Below, piece by piece: positions 1 through 11,542 of a stretch of DNA of 64,000 nucleotides. The stretch comes from Lingula anatina (lineage: Eukaryota; Animalia; Brachiopoda). A program made the position numbers and the translations under genes. The notes beneath the pieces are model-generated. The model saw nothing but the letters and a program-made list of their open reading frames with translations, did no database searches and had not been told where the DNA came from. The first letter of the stretch is position 1; each line of letters opens with the position of its first letter. The stretch lies in contig CM120640.1 of assembly GCA_051362555.1 (NCBI GenBank), positions 70,720,788 to 70,784,787 of the forward strand, in the 5' to 3' direction.

Positions 1-525
1 TAAGAAAATCAAGTTTTATCGACAAAAGAAAACGTGTTTGTCTAGTGCAGTGTATGCCCACCTTCTTAACTATCTTATTCGTTTACAACATGATCCTCAG
101 AGACGCTGCAGTGCACCAGAATGTATTTATGCACGAATCAGCACCAACTCACAGGTAGCTTCAGTGGAAACTAGTTGATAGAAACTATGCAGCTAATTTC
201 TGTCACGCAGTGAATTATTTGTAATAACAAAAATAATAATAAATTCCACTAACCATCCTGTTTTATGAATGAAATTTTGCAAAAATAATTTTAATAACTT
301 GAATAGAAAATATAATATTGTCAAGATTTAAATTGGACGATTATTTTAAAATATTTAGCTTGCTAGGTCAAGGTCATTCAAGTCCGTGGTTGTCTGTAGT
401 TTGTTGTAATGTTGAAGAAATGAGATGACCCTATGTCCACACTTTGTCTGCGGAATTGCCAACGGTTGATCAAGTGCACAATATGCTTGACCTTTGGTGC
501 GGCTAAAAAATGCAGGGATTCAACC

Positions 526-3500
526 ATGCAGATCAACGGGCAAGGCAGATTGCAAGGCATTGTAACAGCCTGCGCAAGGTAAGACTGACTTGACAGAGTG
601 CCACGTTGTTCGTCGCACTCTACCAGTGTAATATGCTGCTCGAAATAAAATATTTATCCACTTTGCATCTTTGATTTATTTATATATGTACGTCTTCGGT
701 GAAGAGACTTTATAGATATAGAGGAAAGTCGTATGTGTTTAAAATGCTTGCGCAACTGATTTTTTATTGGAAAATGGAAGTCGGAGAAACGCCAAGTGCA
801 ATTGAAACTCCCACCTTTTCCATGTTTTTGGTGTTCAGTTATTAGTTTAGGCTACGGAAGTTTACTACATAACTACATAACCGTTGAAAGTATACGTTAG
901 GGAGCATGAGATGTATAGGGCATTTCTCAAATTGCGGTAAGTGTCTAGATACTTTGGGGTTTTAAAAGATTATTGAAAAAATGTTACCTGTTATTATTAT
1001 TCTTATTTAAGGTAATGGAAGAAATGATGTAATGATGTTCTCTCTAAAATTGATTTTTATTATTTTTTTCAATAATTGTTCTTTATTTGTTATTGTTAGA
1101 TTAAAATCCATTCCATTGAAACGTTCCATCCAAGGACAAATTTAGTCAAGATGATTGTCAGCCACAAAATATACTTAGATATCAGGAGACAATAATATCA
1201 CTGTCCAAGTCCTTAAATTTGATATGAGAATAGCCGATTGTTCAAAATGTGCATTTAAGAATAAACTAGCTCTAAGCTTTAGAGTGTGTAATCATAATGG
1301 CATTAAGTTGTCTTTAGGAATACATTGAATGGATAACAACTGTTTGAAAAATATCCATATACAATAATTTAAAAGATCTTTAGAATTTGATGTTGATTTT
1401 TTGTTTTCTAGCGAACTAGATGCACTCAAAAATATTTTTGGAAAATTGCGGAAAAGGGTTTAATACCATGCTGAACCACTCAATTCACCATTCTGAAAAA
1501 TCTTGTCCACACAAAATTTTACTGGCCGCAGGCATTGGACATTGTTGATTTACAAATCAAGCCTTTAAGCTGTGATGCCATTTATAAATTATATATCACA
1601 ATAATGCTTTCATGCTTTTCAATATGAGCACATGGTGCCTTGAAAACTGATGTCTACTAGGTCTGGAAGAGATTTCCAGACAGGTTTTCAAGGCACCATG
1701 TAAAGCATGAATATTGATCTTGTTAGATGCCATAAAAAGTATATGTTGACAGCTTGCATTTTATGCAGGTATTTAGACATATCTTTCAATTATTTATAAT
1801 GCTTGACATATTATTGTGAAGCTCATATCTACAGTGAATAAAGGCAAATGGTTTTGACTGCTGACTATAATGAGGCATTTCATGATGTTGTCAGCTTAAA
1901 ATGTACATTGTGTTCCATTCTGAGAAACATGTGAGCAGCATACATTTCCAACAAGAGGAACAAGCCGCTAGAACATGTCTTTACAGGTGCTGTCTCTACT
2001 TTGTTACAAAAAAGGCATTGGCAGTTTATGATTATCCAGACTAGTTAAGCAAATGAAAATTTTGTACTGGTGCCGTGGACATATTAGATATCTATCATGG
2101 CTGTCATTGTATTACTGCTATTTCTAGGAATAAGAAGGTTTTGCTGGTCATTGTCTGAGACTGGGTTCCCATGCCTAGATCAATCCATCTGGATCGATCC
2201 ATCTCCCTAGGGAGTCTCGCTAAATTGCTGTCGACTTGCCAGCTTAAATGTCTGTCACACCTACCGTATGAGCTAGGGTGTAAAGACAATTATCCCTTAA
2301 CAGCCTCACTAGGCCTGACAGACATTTAAGCTGGTTAAGTTGATAACAATTTAGTGAGACTACCCAGGGAGATACATCGATCCAAATATCTGTGGGAATA
2401 GTCCCTTACTGTTATTTTCAGGAATAGGAAGGTCTTGCTGGTCATTGTCTTACTGTTATTTTCAGGAATAGGAAGGTCTTGCTGGTCATTGTCTTACTGT
2501 TAATTTCAGGAATAGGAAGGTCTTGCTGGTCATTGTCTTACTGTTATTTTCAGGAATAGGAAGGTCTTGCTGGTCATTGTCTTACTGTTATTTTCAGGAA
2601 TAGGAAGGTCTTGCTGGTCATTGTCTTACTGTTAATAGTGGTGCTGTATATGTGGCCTTCCTGGCTGACAGCAAGGATAAGACCACGCTATAAGGGTAAG
2701 TGAAGATTGAGTTTTTCTTTCTGTTTCCTTAGGAAAAGTCTGTGTTATTTTGTTTTGACACATGACAGCCTAGAATTTCATTCTACTGATTTATATGAAG
2801 CTGTGTATAGAAATCTTGGTAACAGGTTTGTATGTAAGAATGTATGTATGAGTGGTAATTACTCAGGGATAAATAGTGATTTTTTTTTACAGATACTAAG
2901 TCAAGAAATTAAGTCATAATTTCTAATAATTAGAATATACCTATTGAGTGGTAGCAACAAAAATAAAAAAAAACAGGTTACTCTATTGAATTCTATTCAG
3001 TAAAACTACAAATTCTATAGAGAAACATAAATTTTGTGATCACAAATATATATGTATTTGAAAGTTTGATAATTTTTGCCCATTGGAAAATAAAGTTATT
3101 ACCGTATTAAATAAAAAGTGTTATTTAGTTTATTATTATAAAATGGAAAGAGTGTGTCATATTTTGCCATTGATGTTATGATTTATAATATGTAATTACT
3201 ATGGATACATTTTCAGTTCATCCACTGGACAAGTGTATTAATGAGAAACTGGATAACTTTCAGTCAGCAGCTTTAGAGTTTGATGCCATTCAATATCACT
3301 CCCCTCTTCAAGAAGGTGAAAACTTTTATCCAGCATATATAGGTGAGTTAATAATTATATTATGTCAAGTTGCATTTTTGACGTTTTTGACAATGATTTG
3401 TTTGCACCGATTGTAATCCTTGATCTGGTACAATACCATTGTATCCTCATCACTGTCCTCACTCCCATCTTGATCAAAACAATCTGGATCTGGTACAATA

Positions 3501-6500
3501 CCACTGTATCCTCATCACTGTCCTCACTCCCATCTTGATCAAAACAATCTGGATCTGGTACAATACCACTGTATCCTCATCACTGTCCTCACTTCCCTCT
3601 TGATCAAAACACAGAAATTGAATTTTAGCATGTTTTCTCAGCTACATAATATTCTTGCTTTTGAATAAAAGCATGTTTTTATGACCATATTAAGAGATAC
3701 GTTTTTATGTACAGACACAGATGTGTCTGTACATATTGCCATCACCTGCGTCTGTCGTCGCCGTCCCTGTCGCCGTCGATGTCGCCGTCGCCATCGCCGT
3801 GCACTTTCATCGTTAACACGATAAGTGGAAGACAGTTTTACTTTTTGGCTTTATATTTACAGAGCTGATAAATATTTATAAAACGCAGGTCAAGTTCGAA
3901 AATCAGCATGTTTGGGCAATTATTGTAGAAGTTATGCTGTTTTTTCACTTTTTAGCTTATATGCAACACTGTTAACACATTTCAAGGAAAACCCATAGGC
4001 ATGTTGTCATGAAACTCACAGGAGTAATCAATCTCACTAAAACGCAGGTCAAGTTCGAAAATCAGCATTATCGGGCCATTATTTTAGAAGTTATGCTGTT
4101 TTTTCACATTTCCTCAGATTCAATTCTTAGGCATGTTAACAGTCTCATTATATTTAACTAATAAGATACGTAAAGGTGTTTGTTTCACATTTTCTGCATC
4201 TGTACAACATTGTTAGTTGATTGTGTAAAAATGATGGTAAACTTGTTATCGTGTATTATGTAATAGAGTTTCAAATATGGAAATAAACTCATCATTGCAG
4301 TTTGTCAGATCCAATCATTCACGATGTTCAGAATCTCAGAATGGAGGAAATTGGACATTTAACACTGTTGTATTGATATTTTCCCCATCTCATCAATTTT
4401 CTTAGTTGATCATATAAAAATGGCAGTAAACTGTTAATTTTGTTTCATGTTAAAAAATTGTTAAAAATGGAAAAAAAAAACATTTCAGAACAGTGCTGTC
4501 TTGTTTACATTTTGGCTTTGAAGTTCCATAGACCTGAAGACCTTTGCTAGTCACATTTTTATGTACATATCGCCATCACCTGCGTATGTCGTCGCCGTCG
4601 CCGATCATGTCGCCGTGCACTTTCAGCGTTAACACCATAAGTGGAAGACAGTTTTACTTTTTGGCTTTATATTTACAGAGCTGATGAATATTCATAAAAC
4701 GCAGGTCAAGTTTGAAAATCAGCATGATCGGGCCATTATTGTAGCATTTATGCTGTTTTTTTTCACTTTTCAGCATATATGCAACACTGTTAACACATTT
4801 CAAGGAAAACTGATAGGCCTGTTGTCATGAAACTCACAGGAGTAATCAATCTTACTAAAACGCAGGTCAAGTTCGAAAATCGGCATGATCGGACCATTAT
4901 TTTATAAGTTATGCTGTTTTTTCACTTTTCAGCATATATGCAAAACTGTTAACACATTTCAAGGAAAACCCATAGGCCTGTTGTCATGAAACTCACAGGA
5001 GTAATCAATCTTACTAAAACGCAGGTTGAGTTCGAAAATCAGCATAATCTGGCCATTATTTTAGAAGTTATACTGTTTTTTTCACATTTCCTCAGATTCA
5101 ATTCTTAGGCATGTTAACAGTCTCTTTATTTAATTAATAAGATACGTAAAAGTGTTTGTTTGACATTTCCTGCATTTTTACAACATTGTTAGTTGATTAC
5201 ATAAAAATGATGGTAAACCTGTAATTGTGTATTGTGTAATAAGGTGTCAAAAATGGAAATAAACTCATATCATTGCAGTTTGTAAGATTCAATCATTCAC
5301 TATGTTCAGAATCTCAGAATGGAAGAAATTGGACATTTGACACTGTTCTATTGATATTTTTCACATCTCATCAAATTTCTTAGTTGATCATAAAAAAATG
5401 GCAGTAAACTGTTAATTTTATTTTATGTTAAAAATTGTTAAAAATGGGGAAAAAAACATTTCAGAACAGTGCTGTCTTGTTCTTTTTCCAGGTAATGGCA
5501 AATTTGGTTTGTCAGTGAACAGCGAGAATGGAATTTATTTACTACTTAATAGATCACACACTTTACCAGTGCAGTTTTTCCCCATTGTGGATGTAAATAT
5601 TGAGGGTCATGAGAAAAAAGGTAAGTGGAAAATGTGTTTTTTTAACTGTAAAGAATAGAAATATTTAATATTTGACTAGGACCTGTTGGTGTCTGTGTGT
5701 TCAGCATCTTATCTCTTTCTCTATCTATCTAGTACAGGCATGTTCATGCATTCACACCCACACAAATACTGACCTGACTGGAGAGCTCTTGTTCCTATAT
5801 ACTTTGTATAGTATCCTATATACTTTGTATAGTATCCTATATACTTTGTATAGTATCCTATATACTTTGTATAGTATTCTATATACTTTGTATAGTATCC
5901 TATATACTTTGTATAGTATCCTATATACTTTGTATAGTATCCTATATACTTTGTATAGTATCCTATACACTTTGTATTTCAGAGGCATATGTGATAGACT
6001 TGAAGTCAGGACTGGTGCAGAGAATACAATGCTTCAGAAAGGCAGTAAGTTTGGCATTATGAATCAACAACAAAATCAATTACTCTGACTAAAGAAATGT
6101 TAAGTTTCCCTTTAACTTAATATACACAGCCTAACCTAAATTTACTGTATTCTTCCAGTAATGATGCAAGTTAATTTGCAAAAAAGATATTTTTTCACTC
6201 TGTTGGTTTTGCTGCTTGTACAGCAATAAACCAATTATCAATATAACAAAGTAACTGAGACATTACTAGGGCATATGTTAGATAGCATTTGTGTTCCCTG
6301 TTTCAGCCCTCAGCCTGTGTGTCCATAGTCACTCAAGTTTATGCTCACAGGAGGCGCCCCTCTATCCTTGTCCAGGAGCTAAGGATACAAAACCCAAGTC
6401 CAGTAAGTGAATTAACCAAAGACATGAGACTCATTAAAACAATTGGTCCTTCGGTTGTTCATTGCTTATAGATATATTTGTATATTCTTTTTACAGATTT

Positions 6501-6816
6501 TATAGCCATTGTTTAATTTAGAGCCATTGGCACACGCAGGTTTACTCATAACATTCATATTTTCTGATGAAAAGTTTAATTAGTTATGTGTCTAAATGCA
6601 GCTGACGTTGTCAACCATATTTCTAGGAGAGCACCACAGTTGTGGATCTTCACCAGATAGGTGCCTCGGACTGGAAGGGAGTCTTGACACAAATAACGCC
6701 AGTCAAGTTAGTAGCTTTGGAGCTTCAGGAAACTCGCACCAGCATAATATTATTCACATGTAACTTGATATAAAAAATGCAATAATTCTGACTAGCTGAG
6801 AATATTAAATCTGTGG

Positions 6817-6888
<72 letters not shown>

Positions 6889-9800
6889 ACTGAATGTCCT
6901 TGGTGCTATTTAGAATTAGAATTCTTTTAATGGATTCTTTTTTATACTGAGATATTATGGGGTTGTATCAGTCCTAAATGTTGTATATTGTAGAACCAAC
7001 CAAGCAGGTAAGACCATGGAGTACCTGGTGTCTGCAGGGAAGGCCCCCATTCCAGGATCTGCCTCAGAGTTTGTGATGCTGGGGATAGCGTCCAGCAGGC
7101 TGCCAGAGACAATTCCAATCAAGGAAGACAGGTAGGGGAGACTGCTTTGTGATTAATTTAATTATAAAATACAAAAATTGTGGTGTTCAAGCATGCTTTT
7201 AAAAGATATCTTGGCATGAATGTCAAATAATGAAATTTTATCACTATACCTTATCAGAATTGTTTTGTATTCAAGCAGACGGGCCATGTGACTCTTATTG
7301 CTTGCATCAAGCTACCCTCTACAATTTATATCAAAAGATATTAATATATCAATCAATAGATTCTTATGATAAATCTTTTACTTAGTTAAGCTGTCAAAGC
7401 ATCTGTAGCATACATAACATTAATATGGTGGGAGATGAATGTGTCTGTTTCCACTCCAGCACAGTGAAGTACTGCGTGGTGACTATGATAAATCTTTTAC
7501 TTAGTTAAGCTGTCAAAGCATCTGTAGCATACATAACATTAATATGGTGGGAGATGAATATGTCTGTTTCCACTCCAGCACAGTGAAGTATCGCGTGGTG
7601 ACGGCAGTGGAGTACTCTAGCTCTACCAGTCAGACTGGAAACTCTGGACTGAGGAAACAAATGGCACAGCAGGCAGCAGATGTAAGACATGGAAAGTAAA
7701 CTGATCAAGAAAATCACATCACAATTAATTTTTTTTATGGAGTGCACTTTTAATACATTGTCATATATTTAGAATAATTAAGGAAGCAAGATTTACTGTT
7801 ATTCACTCACATTCTTTGTGTAATAAAAGTTAATTCACTGAAGGAAATTTGTAAGTGAAATAGGTAAAGTTTTTGTGTTTTGTTTCTCTCGAAGTCACTT
7901 ACATCAGCATTGAACATTGATGGAAAGAAGCTGAGAGTGGAACACACCCGCATCTGGAACCAGGTAGGGCTTCTCACTGCCACAACTAGTCTTTTTTTTT
8001 TCCTAATTTGTACTATAGTAGCTTCATCTCTTTTCAAATATCTCATCTTGGTCCTGTTTTTATTTTCTAGTCTTTGAATAATATGTAATCCTATCTTTAT
8101 GGTCATTAGTATGTGCTAGCAGTAGGCGGTGTGTTGATTCTCAATCCCCAGAACAGCTTTGATTGTTTCTTTTTAAAAATCACAATTCAGAAAAAAGCGC
8201 ATCAAACATTAATTTGATCATGATAAAGTTATGGACTTGGTGTATTTTAACTGGAACCCCACTTTTTAATACACATTGCTATTATTACATGTTAATAATA
8301 TGCAGAAGTTGAGTGGTTTTATTTATATATCAGATGTGGCAGTCTGGGTTCAGCATCAGTTACTCTATGGCCCCAGGGATGTTAAATGGACCCCAGATCA
8401 ACACTACCATGTACTATGTACTCAGTAATGTGCCTGCTTCTATCCATGAGACTGGCATGACAGCATTCTCCAAACTAGAGCTGGATAACTTACTGCACTT
8501 TCCAGACAAGTGCTACACTGGCCATAATACTATGTAAGTAGCAAAGAGAACAGTGCTTGGTAAGACTACCAAAGTGTTCTGGAAATGTGTTAATCTCATT
8601 TTTGTTCATGTGAAAGATATAGATTCTATAGATTGAAAGTTGAAATTTTCTGCATGACTTAAAGTTATTTTCTGCATGACTTAAAGTCAAGATCAAGTCT
8701 TTGCAGCAAAACATCTAGTAGTTATGAACAGCTGGAGGTTATCTGTTTGTTTTCCAGCCAGCTACCAGGGTCCTCACTGTGGGCTAGGTGTAATAATGAA
8801 CTAGATGTGTCAAGATTGGCCAGTTCTTGGCTTATTACACTGGAGAAACAGGGCTGTGGCTCTATGGTCAAAGCTGGTAAGAAATCCCTCTGATAAAACA
8901 TCGCTCACTGCCAATCAAAATTATTGAGAATTATAAAAAAATTCTAATTTATCAAAACCTTTATGATTCAGTTTTGTGTACACTTTATTGAATTTTGTTT
9001 TAACCTTTTTTAGCAGCTAGACCTATATAAGATATTCATTGTAAAGTGGTAAACCTAACATGTTCTAAACATATGTAACTCCATTTTTGTTTCTCTCCAG
9101 GCACAGATGGAGTTCTCCAAGCAATGATCTTGAGCTTTGGTGCTTTAAAATTCAGTAATGATCACCTGGAGTTTGGCATGATGCCCAAGGATCTCCATAG
9201 AGACTACTATTTCCGTAGAATCAACTATGGCAATAACACCCATGTCAACATATCTGTGATAGTAGGGGATGATAACAAGGCTGTTCTGTTTGCCTCCCTG
9301 GACAGGAACGACAAGGTCTACTTTGCCTGTGATGCAGGATGCCTGGACCCACCTGTTCAACTTGGGTTGGTACACAGACTTTAAGAACTAATATCTTCAA
9401 TTGCTGTGATGGAAATTGATATGTGTAGTAATGTTCCTCATAATTATAAATTTGAACAGTTGTAAAATTCTTCCTTATGGGTATATCGTCAAGTGGTTCT
9501 AGCAAAATGTTCCTTACTATTATGTATTTTAAATCATTAAACATCAGCTAGCAAACAGTAAGTTCAGTCTGTCAATCTTTGATTTCTGTTACGTCTGTTG
9601 GGTATAACGCAACTTTTTACAATGTAATAGGTATTCATATCTTATAGATTATTAAGGCTTTTGCAATTTTTTAACTTTTCTTAGAATTATTTCACAGTAA
9701 AGAAACCTTTCGGATTGTATATCTGACATTCCCTTTTTATATTTTCAGCAAAGAGCTAACCAAATTTCCAGTGAAGCAGACGGAGCCATTTACCGCCATC

Positions 9801-10376
9801 TTGTACATCACGGCAGACAGGCAGCACATGGACGACCTCAAACATGTGATACATGTGAAAGAGATTGGGGAAGGTAGGACAGCCAGGAAATACTGAAAAC
9901 CATCAGCTATTTTAGAGATTCCTTATTATTTAGAATATACCCACTTCAGGTTACTTCATATTTAAAAGGAGCTGTATATAATTTAGCCTTGTGCCATACA
10001 GCTCTTGTATTAGTCTTCAAATACTCAATTTCATTGGTATGGTGGATCAGTACATTGCAGGAGGTAACTTTTGTGTGATGCTAAGGAAATTTTATGATAT
10101 TTTGTATTTCTCAAAACTTCAGCTTTACAACATGTTTGTATTAACTTTCCTGGGTACTTAAGTCTGAATTTTTCCATTTCAGCTCCAGCACATGAACACC
10201 ATGTCATGGCTCTTCACCGTCATGGTCATGCTTTTGGTGGGCTGCCTACTTTCTTCTGGATGTCCATTGCCTTCCTCATCTTCACTTTCCACCTGTTTTT
10301 ATTCAAGATGGTAATAAATGAATACTGCCAAGGAGGCAGGTCAGCTGCAGGGAGGAATAGAGGCTATAACATGTGA
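526..10376 (+). CDS. KIAA2013: KIAA2013 (DUF2152) orthologue, multi-exon membrane protein
   Basis: Phase-consistent GT-AG exons: first exon 526-578 or 911-936, then 2598-2695, 3217-3342, 5492-5620, 5983-6044, 6307-6402, 6627-6706, 6994-7131, 7579-7681, 7895-7963, 8334-8533, 8758-8876, 9101-9365, 9749-9873, 10183-10376. N-terminal [22 protein letters not shown]. Family motifs [39 protein letters not shown], and C-terminal [30 protein letters not shown]. Confidence 0.9.
855..885 (+). promoter_or_regulatory. Housekeeping-type promoter motifs upstream of KIAA2013 exon 1b
   Basis: ETS core CGGAAGT at 855 followed by two ACTACAT copies, ~30-55 nt upstream of ATG 911; motif match only. Confidence 0.3.
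2112..2634 (+). repeat. 44-bp tandem repeat spanning the acceptor of KIAA2013 exon 2
   Basis: Unit ttactgttattttcag|gaataggaaggtcttgctggtcattgtc x5 at 2406-2625 plus a diverged copy at 2112-2155, separated by a MITE. Confidence 0.95.
2159..2405. mobile_element. PIF/Harbinger (Tourist)-like MITE, family A copy 1
   Basis: Fold-back element with ends GACTGGGTTCCCATG...TGGGAATAGTCCC, flanked by tga/tta; reverse-complement similar to 17712-17967. Confidence 0.75.
3422..3610. repeat. ~65-bp minisatellite x3
   Basis: gatctggtacaataccactgtatcctcatcactgtcctcactcccatcttgatcaaaacaatctg repeated three times. Confidence 0.9.
3702..4505 (+). mobile_element. Non-autonomous Helentron-like (HINE) element with internal ~159-bp satellite, copy 1
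   Basis: 5' T-run, palindrome tgtacagacac-agat-gtgtctgtaca, (gtcgcc)n microsatellite, two ~159-bp monomers (taaaacgcaggtcaagttcgaaaatc), 3' end ...gctgtcttgtt. Class assigned from architecture only. Confidence 0.6.
4556..5481 (+). mobile_element. Non-autonomous Helentron-like (HINE) element, copy 2
   Basis: Near-identical to 3702-4505 but with three ~159-bp monomers and no 5' palindrome; ends 10 nt before the exon at 5492. Confidence 0.6.
5793..5975. repeat. 21-bp minisatellite (~8.5 copies) abutting a splice acceptor
   Basis: (cctatatactttgtatagtat)n running into tttcag|AG at 5982. Confidence 0.95.
6822..6886. repeat. (TA)n microsatellite
   Basis: Pure TA run. Confidence 0.95.
7365..7602 (+). 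repeat. 119-bp tandem duplication spanning a KIAA2013 acceptor
   Basis: Copies 7365-7483 and 7484-7602 each contain ...ttccactccag|cacagtgaagta...gtggtgac. Confidence 0.95.
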
Positions 10377-10673
10377 CCAGAATGAAGGCTATAACATGTG
10401 ACCAGAATAGGGGCTATAACATGTGACCAGAATAGAGGCTATAACATGAGACCAGAATAGAGGCTATAACATGTGACCAGAATGGAGGCTATAATATGTG
10501 ACCAGAATAGAGGCTATAACATGTGACCAGAATGGAGGCTATAACATGTGACCAGAATAGGGGCTATAGCGTGACCAGAATTGAGGCTATAGCATGTGAC
10601 CAGAATGGAGGCTATAATATGTGACCAGAATCGAGGCTATAATATGTGACCAGAATCGAGACTATAACATGTG
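10356..10673 (+). repeat. 25-bp tandem array (~13 copies) of the last codons plus stop of KIAA2013
   Basis: Unit aatagaggctataacatgTGAccag. Confidence 0.95.
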
Positions 10674-11542
10674 AACTTTTGATTATCTCTGACATACAAG
10701 TTAATTAAAAAACGTCTTGTGGCCTTCTTTGCCATGGCCGCATTTTATGTGATTGGATCTCTTTCTTTTTTTTTCTATTAAATGTTGCTTCAGATACTTA
10801 TTTGTTTTCAGTTCATATGAAATTATTCAAAGTATTACAATCACACATGAATTCAAGGTGTAAAATATTTTTTACCAGTTTGTTATTTACTGTAACAAGC
10901 CCTTGTTTTTACCAAAGCACACATAGTGATAGAGATGTACCTGTAATATGGAAGGTACTGTTTGCAAGTAGATAGAATAGCTTGAATAACACTTTGGGGT
11001 GGAATTAATAAAACACCAAAAGCCTTAAAAAAGTCGTGAAGACATTTAGTTCTAGAGTAGCATGACTCGTCAAAAAGGGTTTATCATTGTATTCAACAAC
11101 AAGAATGTCTTTGACAAACTTCAAAACATAAATGGATTTTGATACAAGTCTAGACGTTAAGTTCACATGTTGATGATTAGGATAACTGTTTTTCAGGATA
11201 AAATCATTAGCCTTTATTATGTTCTTCGTAAAAGAACACTAATTAATGCTTTAATTGAAGAATTGAAATATTGTATTTACCTTGAGATATGTTATAGGTG
11301 CTTGTTGTTTAAAGTTAATTTAAATTGTAAATGGTTGGAGGTATATTTAAACTGAATACTGATCAGAGGTGTTATTTTTGTATAATAGGAGACTGTACAT
11401 TTTAATGTGGCTTCACTGTACATTGGGTTGTAAATAAATCATAAAGGAATAACATCTTAAACCTTTTATCTTCTTTTGTTTTATAAAACTTTTTGTTAAA
11501 AGTACAAGCACACAAGTATATGCTTGTTATTAATGTGCAGTG

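Noticed and set aside
6041-6050. Possible GC-AG donor (AAG|gcagta)
   Set aside because: A canonical gtaagt 3 nt downstream gives the same phase.
5672-6088. ORFs with (ILYTLYS)n and (YKVYRIL)n repeats
   Set aside because: Translation of a 21-bp intronic minisatellite; the real exon (5983-6044) is in another frame.
10356-10673. CRISPR-like regular repeats (also 2406-2625 and 44421-44872)
   Set aside because: Head-to-tail units without unique spacers, no cas genes, eukaryotic context.
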